DNA from: Chloroflexota bacterium
GTDB taxonomy: Bacteria; Chloroflexota; Anaerolineae; J036; Brachytrichaceae
Length of the DNA: 64,000 bases
Direction of reading: 5' to 3'
Assembly: GCA_023382055.1 (NCBI GenBank)
Contig: JAMCQN010000141.1
Coordinates: 13,613 to 77,612 of the forward strand
Numbering within the stretch: the first letter of the stretch is position 1; each line of letters opens with the position of its first letter. Below are positions 1 through 8,125 of this stretch, one piece after another. The position numbers and the translations under genes are program-made. Under the pieces are notes generated by a model, which searched no databases, was not told the DNA's origin, and was given only the letters and a program-made list of their open reading frames with translations.

Positions 1-293
1 AGATTGGCTGCCGGATTCTAGCCGAGCTTGGCGCCGATATGATCAAGACGTTTTACACGAACAGCTTCCCTGAAGTGGTGGCCGGTTGCCCTGCGCCTGT
101 CTTCGCGCTGGGCGCCGCGAAGCTCCCGACGCCGCTGGATGCATTGCGGCTCGCTCATAACGAAGTGGCTGATGGCGCACAGGGCGTTGTGTTCGGACGC
201 AACGCACTGCAGGTGGATGACCCCATCCGCTTCCAGGCAGCGCTGATTCAAGTGGTGAAGCACGGCGCGTCGCCGGAAAGCGTGTGGAACTGA
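1..293 (+). CDS. class I aldolase (DeoC/FbaB/LsrF-type), C-terminal fragment; 5' end lies outside the window
   Basis: The frame is open from the window edge (...IGCRILAELGADMIKTFYT...) with the stop at 291-293. The GADxIKT and FGRN blocks are typical of DeoC/FbaB-type TIM-barrel aldolases. Confidence 0.55.
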   Translation, partial: IGCRILAELGADMIKTFYTNSFPEVVAGCPAPVFALGAAKLPTPLDALRLAHNEVADGAQGVVFGRNALQVDDPIRFQAALIQVVKHGASPESVWN

Positions 294-310
294 ACGGGTG
301 AGATGGTCTG

Positions 311-1375
311 ATGGGGCAACTATTCGAGGTCAAACCGGTTGATCGCCAGTTCTACGAGCAAAACCTGCGCGAATTTCTGCCGGACCGGATCATCGATGTG
401 CACACGCACGTCTGGCTGGATCGCTTCAAAAACAGGCAGCGGGATGCGCCGGTGCGCACGGTCAGTTGGCCGATGCGAGTGGCTCTCGATAACTCGCTGG
501 AGGATCTGCAGGAAACATACTGCCTGATGTTTCCCGGCAAGCGTGTCACGCCGCAATTTTTCAGCAGCTTATCGTCTGGCGATGATGTTGACGGCGCTAA
601 CGCCTATGTGAGCGAATGCGCAGCCCGTAGCGGCTACCCGGCTCTGATTTATGCCGCGCCGCAGTGGTCGGCGGAGTCGTTCGAGAACCGCATCCTGGCC
701 GGTGGATTCAGCGGCGCCAAGGTCTACATGACGATGGCTGACGCCTGCATACCCGCGAAAGAGATGCGCATCTTCGACTATCTCCCACATCACCAGTTGG
801 AAGTGTTGAACCGCCACGGCTGGATCGTCATGCTGCACATCCCGCGCGATGGGCGATTGAAGGACCCCGTGAATATCGCGCAACTGCTGGAGATTGAGCG
901 GCGCTATCCCAATGTTCAGGTCATCCTGGCCCACGTCGGGCGAGCCTACTGCATCGAGGATGTCGGCGACGCCTTTACAGCCCTGGCCGAAACCCGCCGT
1001 ATGCGGTTCGATTTCAGCGCCAACACGAACTCGCAGGTGTTTGAGGCGCTGATACGCGCGGTGGGCCCTGGGCGAATCCTGTTCGGCAGTGATATGCCCA
1101 TCCTGCGGATGCGCATGCGCCGCATCTGTGAAGGCGGGATTTATATCAACCTGGCGCCGAGAGGGTTATATGGCGATGTCGCCGGAGACAAAAATATGCG
1201 CGAGGTGGACGGCGCCGAAGCAGAACAACTGACCTTCTTCATGTATGAGGAGCTGGATGCATTCCGACGCGCCTCTGAAACCTGCGGTCTCCATCAGAGC
1301 GACATCGAAGACATTTTCTTCAATAACGCAGAGCAAATGCTGCGATCTGCCGGATGGTCTGGTAATCCGGCGTAA
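311..1375 (+). CDS. amidohydrolase_2-type metal-dependent TIM-barrel hydrolase (lactonase/decarboxylase family)
   Basis: 354-aa ORF. It carries IDVHTHVW (HxH), ILAHVG and LFGSDMP metal-ligand blocks. Confidence 0.7.
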   Translation: MGQLFEVKPVDRQFYEQNLREFLPDRIIDVHTHVWLDRFKNRQRDAPVRTVSWPMRVALDNSLEDLQETYCLMFPGKRVTPQFFSSLSSGDDVDGANAYVSECAARSGYPALIYAAPQWSAESFENRILAGGFSGAKVYMTMADACIPAKEMRIFDYLPHHQLEVLNRHGWIVMLHIPRDGRLKDPVNIAQLLEIERRYPNVQVILAHVGRAYCIEDVGDAFTALAETRRMRFDFSANTNSQVFEALIRAVGPGRILFGSDMPILRMRMRRICEGGIYINLAPRGLYGDVAGDKNMREVDGAEAEQLTFFMYEELDAFRRASETCGLHQSDIEDIFFNNAEQMLRSAGWSGNPA

Positions 1376-1479
1376 GTGACTCGCGCTGCCCGCCATCATC
1401 GCAGGCAGCGTTCTCGTATATTAAACGATCTGACACTGGTTTGCATGACTGTCTGAGCCTCAGGAGGGTGCAAGTCGAT

Positions 1480-2871
1480 ATGAAACCAATGGTCATTGGA
1501 TTGCTGCCGCTGTATCTCAAGCTGTACGACGACACTTCCCCGCAGCACCGCGCGGGCGTTGAGCGTTTCCGCGACGAGATCGCGACGGAGTTGGGTAAAC
1601 GCGGCCTCATGGTCGTCGGCGCGCCAGTGTGTCGCATCGCATCGGAGTTTACTGGCGCGCTGCGATTATTCGAAGAACACCGAGTGGAAGCCATTGTGAC
1701 ATTACATCTGGCGTACTCGCCCTCCGAAGAATCGACGCCTGTCCTGGCTGCGAGTACGTTGCCGATCATTGTTCTGGATACCACCCCCGCCTATGATTTC
1801 AGCCCGAGCCAGAGCCCGGATGAGATCATGTATAACCACGGCATCCACGGCGTGCAGGACTTCTGCAATCTGTTGATCCGGCATGGGAAACCTTTCCAGA
1901 TTGAAGCCGGCCACTGGCAGCATTCCGATGTGCTGGATCGAGTGGTGAGGAAAGCCCAGGCTGCTCATCTGGCGGCTGCCATGCGGACAGCGCGTGTGGG
2001 TAGGATCGGCCGGCCATTTGCCGGCATGGGAGACTTCGTGGTGCCCGAAGCGAAACTTCTGGAAACAATTGGCGTCACTACCGTGCCGGCGACGCCCGCT
2101 GCCATCGGCGAACTCGTCTCGCAAGTCACCGACATGGATGTGGCAGCCGAAGTCGCCGCCGACCACACACTGTTCGATACCGACCGGGTAAGCGCCGATG
2201 CGCATGAACGCACGGCGCGCGTGTCCCTGGCCGTGCGCCGCTGGCTGGAGCAACAGCACTTGACTGCCTTCACAGTGAACTTCATGGAAGCGACGCGCGC
2301 CGCCGGTGTGCCGGCGATGCCGTTCCTCGAGGCCAGTAAAGCCATGGCGCGCGGTATCGGGTATGCAGGCGAAGGCGACGTGTTGACGGCGGCTCTCGTC
2401 GGCGCACTCGCAGCAACATTCTCGGAGGTTTCCTTTTCCGAGATGTTCTGCCCGGACTGGGTCAACGATACGATTTTCCTCAGCCATATGGGCGAGATGA
2501 GCGTTAATTGCATTGCTGGAAAACCGCGCCTGGTACAGAAGTCATTCTCCTTTATCGACACAAATGACCCCGTACTCGCAATTGGCCGCTTCAAACCCGG
2601 CAATGCAACATGGGTGAACCTGGCGCCTGGCCCGCGGGATACATATACCCTGATCGTTGCGCCTGTAACGGTTCTGGAGGCGCCCGGACACGATGCGATG
2701 GGCGACAGCATCCACGGTTGGATGAAACCCAGGCAACCCATCGCTGATTTTCTAACTGCTTACAGCAAGTTAGGCGGAACTCATCACGCCGGGCTTGTTT
2801 ATGGCGATTTCACGGAACAACTCGTTGCCTTCGGCGACATGATGGGCTGGAAGACAGCCGTCGTCGAATGA
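1480..2871 (+). CDS. L-arabinose isomerase (AraA) family sugar isomerase
   Basis: The ORF-track start at 1441 is a TTG. The ATG at 1480 follows AGGAGG (1462-1467). The GIGYAGEGDVLTAAL block resembles the AraA GYGFGAEGDWKTAAL block, and the N-terminal LPLYLKLYD domain fits the family. Confidence 0.7.
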   Translation: MKPMVIGLLPLYLKLYDDTSPQHRAGVERFRDEIATELGKRGLMVVGAPVCRIASEFTGALRLFEEHRVEAIVTLHLAYSPSEESTPVLAASTLPIIVLDTTPAYDFSPSQSPDEIMYNHGIHGVQDFCNLLIRHGKPFQIEAGHWQHSDVLDRVVRKAQAAHLAAAMRTARVGRIGRPFAGMGDFVVPEAKLLETIGVTTVPATPAAIGELVSQVTDMDVAAEVAADHTLFDTDRVSADAHERTARVSLAVRRWLEQQHLTAFTVNFMEATRAAGVPAMPFLEASKAMARGIGYAGEGDVLTAALVGALAATFSEVSFSEMFCPDWVNDTIFLSHMGEMSVNCIAGKPRLVQKSFSFIDTNDPVLAIGRFKPGNATWVNLAPGPRDTYTLIVAPVTVLEAPGHDAMGDSIHGWMKPRQPIADFLTAYSKLGGTHHAGLVYGDFTEQLVAFGDMMGWKTAVVE

Positions 2872-2916
2872 TGTTGAAACGGCAACGAACTATGACGATC
2901 CGATATATTTAACAGC

Positions 2917-2946
2917 TTGACTTTTCTCGAATTAAAGGCATAACAT
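2917..2946 (+). promoter_or_regulatory. candidate sigma70-type promoter upstream of the Gfo/Idh/MocA gene
   Basis: TTGACT (2917-2922), an 18-nt spacer, then TAACAT (2941-2946). It sits in a 99-nt AT-richer gap about 25 nt upstream of the RBS and ATG at 2971. Confidence 0.35.
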
Positions 2947-2970
2947 CACCTTAACCTAAGGAGAATAAAC

Positions 2971-3960
2971 ATGACGCTAAAGGTCGGTATCGTCGGTGTC
3001 GGGAATATTGGCAGCATCCACGCCGGTGTTTATAAGGAGAATCCCAAAGTCGAGATAGTCGCTGTCTGTGACATCATCAAAGAGAAAGCCGACAAGGCGG
3101 CCGCCAAATTTGGTGGTAAAGCGTTTTACAGCGTCAAAGAGATGCTGGCGAGCGGCATCAAGATTGATGCCTGCAGCATGGCGACGCGCGGCGAAGAAAA
3201 CGGCGGCGAGCACTTCCAGCCTACGATGGAGCTGCTGGAAGCCGGCATCCCGGTGCTGGGTGAGAAACCGATATCCAATAATCTGGAAGAAGCGAAGCAG
3301 ATGGTCGCGTTGGCGAAGAGCAGGAAAATCCCATATGCCATCGATCTGAACCACCGCTTCACGCCGGCGGCATTGCGCGCCAAAGAGTGGGTTTCGGGCG
3401 GGCGTCTGGGCAAGCTGGCGTTGCTGAATATGCGCATGTGGATCAACAACCCTGTTGAAACCGCGCCATACTTTCACATGCGCGCGCTGCACCCGCACTC
3501 CTTTGACGTGATCCGCTACTTCTGCGGCGAGGTTAAGAGCGTCGCCGCATTCATGATGAAGGGCGAAGGGCGCAAAATCTGGTCTAATGCACAGGTTCTG
3601 ATGCACTTCGAAAATGGCATGTCCGGCACGCTTACGGGCAGCTACGACGCCGGCGGCTCATACGGCTTGGAGCGCTGCGAAGTCGTCGGCTCCAAGGGGC
3701 GTTTCGTGCTCGATGACGCCTGCGAACATCTATATTTCTACCCGCGCAACTCTATCGAGTTCGAGCATTACGCCTATATCGGCGGTATGCGCTCTTTTGG
3801 TGAGACATTCAAAAGCCGCATCAATGCCTGGGTAGATCAACTCATTGCGAATACTCCCTACGATCAGATCGATGGTTCCGGCGAGGAAGGCCTGAAGGCG
3901 CAAGCCATTATCGAAGCCGCGATCAAGTCGTGGGAAACACATACGATCGTCGATCTCTGA
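2971..3960 (+). CDS. Gfo/Idh/MocA family NAD(P)-dependent oxidoreductase
   Basis: N-terminal Rossmann motif VGIVGVGNIGS and the GEKPIS (EKP) motif are present. An AAGGAG RBS lies 7 nt upstream. It is collinear with its paralog at 7079-8074. Confidence 0.85.
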   Translation: MTLKVGIVGVGNIGSIHAGVYKENPKVEIVAVCDIIKEKADKAAAKFGGKAFYSVKEMLASGIKIDACSMATRGEENGGEHFQPTMELLEAGIPVLGEKPISNNLEEAKQMVALAKSRKIPYAIDLNHRFTPAALRAKEWVSGGRLGKLALLNMRMWINNPVETAPYFHMRALHPHSFDVIRYFCGEVKSVAAFMMKGEGRKIWSNAQVLMHFENGMSGTLTGSYDAGGSYGLERCEVVGSKGRFVLDDACEHLYFYPRNSIEFEHYAYIGGMRSFGETFKSRINAWVDQLIANTPYDQIDGSGEEGLKAQAIIEAAIKSWETHTIVDL

Positions 3961-3969
3961 GGTGAAACC

Positions 3970-4770
3970 ATGATCAAGTTAGGCGTAAATTCCGTATTAT
4001 TCGGCGGGTTTGACTTCGCCACTGCGGCGAAGCACATCAAGATGGCGGGTTATGACGGCGTCGAGATCTCGGCCATTAAGGGAATGTGCGAGCACCTTGT
4101 GCTGGATAACTGGCGGGCTCAGGCCAATGAACTCAAGCAGATCGTGGCCGACAACGGGCTGGAATTCCTTTCGACCGAAGTCGCATCGCTGGATGAGGAC
4201 CGGTTGATGAAAGCCTTCGAGGCCGGCGCCGAAATCGGCATCCCGTTGATCAATGTCGGCCCGGGCGGTAAAAGCAATGCGGAAGAGGATTTCCAGCGCA
4301 CGACGGACATGCTCGTAAAAATGGCGGAGAAGGCTGAGCCGTTCGGTGTGACGCTCTGTTGTAAGGCGCATGTCGGCGGTTCTATCTATAACACGCCGAC
4401 GACGTTGCGAGCCATGCAGAAGGTCGTCCATCCGGCCTTTGGCGTCGATATGGACCCCAGCCATATTTATCGCGCCGGCGAGAATCCTGCGGAGGCGCTC
4501 GCACCGGTTCTCAGCCGCACCCGCCACATTCATATCCGCGACTGTAAGGGTCCTGGGCCGAATCCCGGCACGCCGCCCAATCAGGCTTGCGGACGCGGCG
4601 ACATCGATCTGTTTGCTTACTGCAAGGTCATGGTCGATGGCGGCTACAAAGGCCCGGTATGCCTGGAAGTCATCGGTGCGAACCAGTTGGACCTGGCTCA
4701 GGTGTCGGTCATCGCCGCCGAGAGCTACGGTTATCTGAATGCCTGTCTGCGGATACTGGGTGCAAGGTAG
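3970..4770 (+). CDS. xylose isomerase-like TIM-barrel protein (sugar phosphate isomerase/epimerase family)
   Basis: Family-typical blocks are present: GYDGVEIS, HIHIRD, and GRGDIDL...GYKGPVCLEV. Confidence 0.75.
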   Translation: MIKLGVNSVLFGGFDFATAAKHIKMAGYDGVEISAIKGMCEHLVLDNWRAQANELKQIVADNGLEFLSTEVASLDEDRLMKAFEAGAEIGIPLINVGPGGKSNAEEDFQRTTDMLVKMAEKAEPFGVTLCCKAHVGGSIYNTPTTLRAMQKVVHPAFGVDMDPSHIYRAGENPAEALAPVLSRTRHIHIRDCKGPGPNPGTPPNQACGRGDIDLFAYCKVMVDGGYKGPVCLEVIGANQLDLAQVSVIAAESYGYLNACLRILGAR

Positions 4771-4852
4771 TGCTGTTGCAGGCCGGCGGACGCCTATGTC
4801 CAGTCGCCTCTCTTATTCACGGTGAAGTTGTATAAATGAGCGAGAGTGCAAT

Positions 4853-6268
4853 ATGAAAAAGAAACCCAACCTGATATTTTTTGGCATTGACAGTCTGCGC
4901 GCGGACCATATGAGCCTGTTTGGATATGACCGCCTGACCAGCCCGCATATTGGCGAATATGCCGCAGGGGGCGCGTCATTCAGCAGCGTCACCAGCCCGT
5001 CCATCCCGACAACCCCCGGTTACACGTCCATGTTCACGGGGATGGATTGCTTCAGCACCGACGTTGTTGCGCTGCGCCATGAGGGCGGACTCGGTTCGCA
5101 TAACAGGACGCTGGCCGAAATCCTGGGAGAGCAGGGCTATAACACCACCTGCGTGGGCTTCAGCGGCAACCCGGCCTCGCGCGGTTTCCAGAAATACCTG
5201 GATTTCGAAGGCTGGGGATCATGGGAGACTGGACGCAGCCCCAAGGCCGAGAATCTGAACGCAGTCGCGATACCGGAACTGCAGCGCCTGTCAAAGGAAG
5301 AGCAGCCATTCTTCCTTTTCCTGCGCCATATGGATCCGCATGCGCCCTACCTGCCGCCCCGGCCATTTGAGCGTATGTTCTATGCCGGCGACGAGACTGA
5401 CCCGGACAATCACTCGCTCGATCCGGTTTATAGCTTTAAGCCATTCCGCGATTTTCATGCCAGTTGGTTCCCGCCGAATTGCACCGACGCGGAATATGTC
5501 ATCGCCCAGTATGACGCCGAGATCGCCTATATGGATGCCTGTATCGCCAATATCTTCAGCCAGATCAGCCAGTTAAGGCTCGAAGAGGATACCCTGGTCG
5601 TCATCGACTCAGACCACGGCGAAACCCTGGCGGACCATGGTCTCTACTTCGACCATCACGGTTTGTATGAATGCACCCTGCACATCCCATTGATTTTCGT
5701 GTGGCCGGGCCATGTGCCATCCGGGCTGATGTTTGACGATATGTGCTACATGAAGGACATCACGCCGACGATCCTCGACCTGATGGGCGTCGCCCCTAAG
5801 CCAAGAATCAAGTTTGACGGGAGAAGCCTGCGGCCGTTGATGTTAGGCGAACCGCGCGTCGTGGAGCCCGAAACCTACATTACTGAGGCGACATGGATGC
5901 GCAAGCATGGTTGGCGCACCCCGCAGTGGAAGCTGATCCATGCGCTCGAGCCCGACTTCCATTTCAAGCCCGAAGTTGAGCTGTACGATCTCATCGCCGA
6001 TCCCGGCGAAAGCCGCAATCTGGCGGAAGAGCAGCCGGATGTGGTGAAGATGCTCGAGGAGCGCATGCTGGCGCACATCGAGCGCCGCACCAAGGCAACC
6101 GGACGCCCTAATCCGATGTACACAAACCTGAACTGGCATGGTCACGGCGGCGGTCCGTTCAAGACATCGCAGCAAGCCTACGACACCATGTACATCGGCT
6201 CTCCCAAACAGGCGCGCGCATTGCAGGCCAAGGAATTGCGCACGCAGCGCGGTGCAAAGAAACTGTAA
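4853..6268 (+). CDS. sulfatase-fold (alkaline phosphatase superfamily) enzyme with Thr at the nucleophile position; cytoplasmic
   Basis: N-terminal FFGIDSLRADH metal block and later DSDHGE and HHG blocks are present. The nucleophile block reads TTPGYTSMFTG instead of C/S-x-P-x-R-x4-TG. There is no signal peptide. Confidence 0.8.
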   Translation: MKKKPNLIFFGIDSLRADHMSLFGYDRLTSPHIGEYAAGGASFSSVTSPSIPTTPGYTSMFTGMDCFSTDVVALRHEGGLGSHNRTLAEILGEQGYNTTCVGFSGNPASRGFQKYLDFEGWGSWETGRSPKAENLNAVAIPELQRLSKEEQPFFLFLRHMDPHAPYLPPRPFERMFYAGDETDPDNHSLDPVYSFKPFRDFHASWFPPNCTDAEYVIAQYDAEIAYMDACIANIFSQISQLRLEEDTLVVIDSDHGETLADHGLYFDHHGLYECTLHIPLIFVWPGHVPSGLMFDDMCYMKDITPTILDLMGVAPKPRIKFDGRSLRPLMLGEPRVVEPETYITEATWMRKHGWRTPQWKLIHALEPDFHFKPEVELYDLIADPGESRNLAEEQPDVVKMLEERMLAHIERRTKATGRPNPMYTNLNWHGHGGGPFKTSQQAYDTMYIGSPKQARALQAKELRTQRGAKKL

Positions 6269-6275
6269 GTCCTCC

Positions 6276-6317
6276 GAACCGGAAGGCCAGGGCGATTGCT
6301 GCCCGGTCTTCCGGTTT
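6276..6317 (+). terminator. stem-loop after the sulfatase-fold gene (possible terminator or processing site)
   Basis: GAACCGGAAG (6276-6285) pairs with CTTCCGGTTT (6308-6317), with further internal pairing. It is followed by TCTGG, so the T-tract is weak. Confidence 0.4.
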
Positions 6318-6347
6318 CTGGCTCTCTCCTCGTAAACTTAACCACAC

Positions 6348-7061
6348 ATGATGATCACAATAATCGGCCGGGGTCATTCCGGCACGCGCGCCATCTCGCA
6401 TACTTTAATGACCAGCAACGTTTTCATGGGAGCGCTGCTGAACGCATCCGGCGACATGCTGCCGCCGGATAATTTGTATGAAGCCTGCCGTGTGATGGCG
6501 AAGTACGTCGTCTATAAGGGCGGGCTGGAGTGGGACTTCTCGCAACTCCACACCATGCCCATCGACCCTGAGTTCACTCGCCTGGTCGAGGCCTATCTGG
6601 CGCGTGTTCTCAGAGATCGCTCTGAGAATAAGGGTTGGAAGCTGCCCGAAACGACGCTCATTTACCCGTGGATGGTGCGCATGTTCCCCGATATTCGCTA
6701 TATCCACTGGGTGCGCGACCCGCGCGACAGCATCCTGGGCGCTCATCTGACCGATGACCTGGCCGACTTTGGCGTTCCTTACGATAAAACGGATGATGTG
6801 CGGTTGCGGCGGGCAATCAGTTGGAAATACCAGCGTGAGATTGTGAAAGCCACACCCGCCCCAAAGTACACAATCTCCGTGCGCTTTGAGGACTTCGTGC
6901 TAAAACAGGATGAGACGCTGGCGCGACTGGAACAGTTCCTGGACATACCGCTGGCGAAGGTCATCGTACGGCCGGATTCGGTTGGGCGCTGGCAGACCGA
7001 CACCGGCACACACTATTTTGATTTCTTTCGGGAAGATATGACCGAACTGGGATACCAGTAG
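6348..7061 (+). CDS. PAPS-dependent sulfotransferase family protein (cytoplasmic)
   Basis: N-terminal IIGRGHSGTR matches the 5'-PSB loop and HWVRDPRDSILG matches the 3'-PB block. There is no signal peptide or TM segment. Confidence 0.7.
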   Translation: MMITIIGRGHSGTRAISHTLMTSNVFMGALLNASGDMLPPDNLYEACRVMAKYVVYKGGLEWDFSQLHTMPIDPEFTRLVEAYLARVLRDRSENKGWKLPETTLIYPWMVRMFPDIRYIHWVRDPRDSILGAHLTDDLADFGVPYDKTDDVRLRRAISWKYQREIVKATPAPKYTISVRFEDFVLKQDETLARLEQFLDIPLAKVIVRPDSVGRWQTDTGTHYFDFFREDMTELGYQ

Positions 7062-7078
7062 TCATCAGGAGAGCATCT

Positions 7079-8074
7079 ATGTTGCGTGTATGCGTGATCG
7101 GCATGGGCCATATTGGTAACCTCCATGCCCGCATTTATAAGGACGATCCGCTGGTCGAATTGGTCGGAGTGTGCGATATCAAGGCGGATCGCGCCAGGGC
7201 CGCCGGCGAAAGCCTGGGCGTGCCATATTTCCTGAGCGCGCCCGAGATGCTGGCGGCCTTGAAGCCGGACCTGTGCAGCGTCGCAACAGGCGGATTCGAA
7301 TACAGCAGCGACCATTATGAGCCGACCATCCAGGCGCTTGAGGCAGGCTGCCACGTCTTATGCGAGAAACCGATCAGCAATGACATCGCCAAAGCCGAAG
7401 AAATGGTGCGCGTGGCGCGCGAGCGCAAGCGCTGCTTCGGCCTCGACTTCAATCATCGCTTTACTCCGGCGGCGCGCATCGCCAAAAAGTGGCTCGATGA
7501 GGGTCGGCTGGGCAGCCTGTTGTTTGTCAACATGGCTTTATGGATTGGGCGTCCCGAAGATCTCGACTCGCCTTTCTACCACATGAAGGCGCTGAACCCG
7601 CATTCGGTGGATATGATGCGCTACTTCTGCGGCGACATTGAGAAAGTCCAGTGCTTCGCTATGAAGTCGCCCGGCCGCTGGATGTGGTCGACGGCGTCCT
7701 GGAACATGCAGTTCAAGAACGGAATGGTCGGTCACCTGACCAGCAGTTACGATATCGCGCGCGGCCATCCCATGGAGCGTTGCGAAGTTGCAGGCGTCAA
7801 AGGACGCTTTATCGTGGATGATATGTGGCGCGAGGCCACATTGTATCCAGCCGGCGATCCGATCAAACAGGCCTACACCAATCCCGTATTTGGCGGATAC
7901 CGCGACTTCGATGACACGTTCCGCGAGCGTATCCATTGCTTCGCCCAGCAGGTGGCGGATGGCGTCGCGCCGGAGGATATCGACGGCTCCGGTGCGGCAG
8001 GTCTGGCGGCGCAGAAGGTGATCCAGGCTGGAATCGATTCTTTGACCACAGGCCAGATCATCACAGTTAATTAG
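7079..8074 (+). CDS. Gfo/Idh/MocA family oxidoreductase (paralog of 2971-3960)
   Basis: VCVIGMGHIGN Rossmann motif and CEKPIS motif are present. Shared blocks with the 2971 product include NHRFTPAA, RYFCG and ERCEV.G.KGRF. A GGAGAG RBS is present. Confidence 0.85.
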   Translation: MLRVCVIGMGHIGNLHARIYKDDPLVELVGVCDIKADRARAAGESLGVPYFLSAPEMLAALKPDLCSVATGGFEYSSDHYEPTIQALEAGCHVLCEKPISNDIAKAEEMVRVARERKRCFGLDFNHRFTPAARIAKKWLDEGRLGSLLFVNMALWIGRPEDLDSPFYHMKALNPHSVDMMRYFCGDIEKVQCFAMKSPGRWMWSTASWNMQFKNGMVGHLTSSYDIARGHPMERCEVAGVKGRFIVDDMWREATLYPAGDPIKQAYTNPVFGGYRDFDDTFRERIHCFAQQVADGVAPEDIDGSGAAGLAAQKVIQAGIDSLTTGQIITVN

Positions 8075-8085
8075 ACCTGATGAAT

Positions 8086-8115
8086 TGGATGGCGGCGCTT
8101 TAGCGCCGCCATCCA
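8086..8115 (+). terminator. perfect 13-bp GC-rich stem-loop between the Gfo/Idh/MocA and FGGY kinase genes
   Basis: TGGATGGCGGCGC (8086-8098), loop TTTA, then GCGCCGCCATCCA (8103-8115). No U-tract follows, and the next start codon is 11 nt downstream. Confidence 0.45.
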
Positions 8116-8125
8116 GTGTGTCCAA

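Noticed and set aside
4853-7061. Reading the sulfatase-fold and sulfotransferase pair as evidence for sulfoquinovose (sulfo-EMP/ED) catabolism.
   Set aside because: Sulfoquinovose carries a C-S sulfonate that neither enzyme class acts on. No sulfoquinovosidase (GH31), sulfolactaldehyde reductase or dehydrogenase, or sulfonate exporter signature was recognised.
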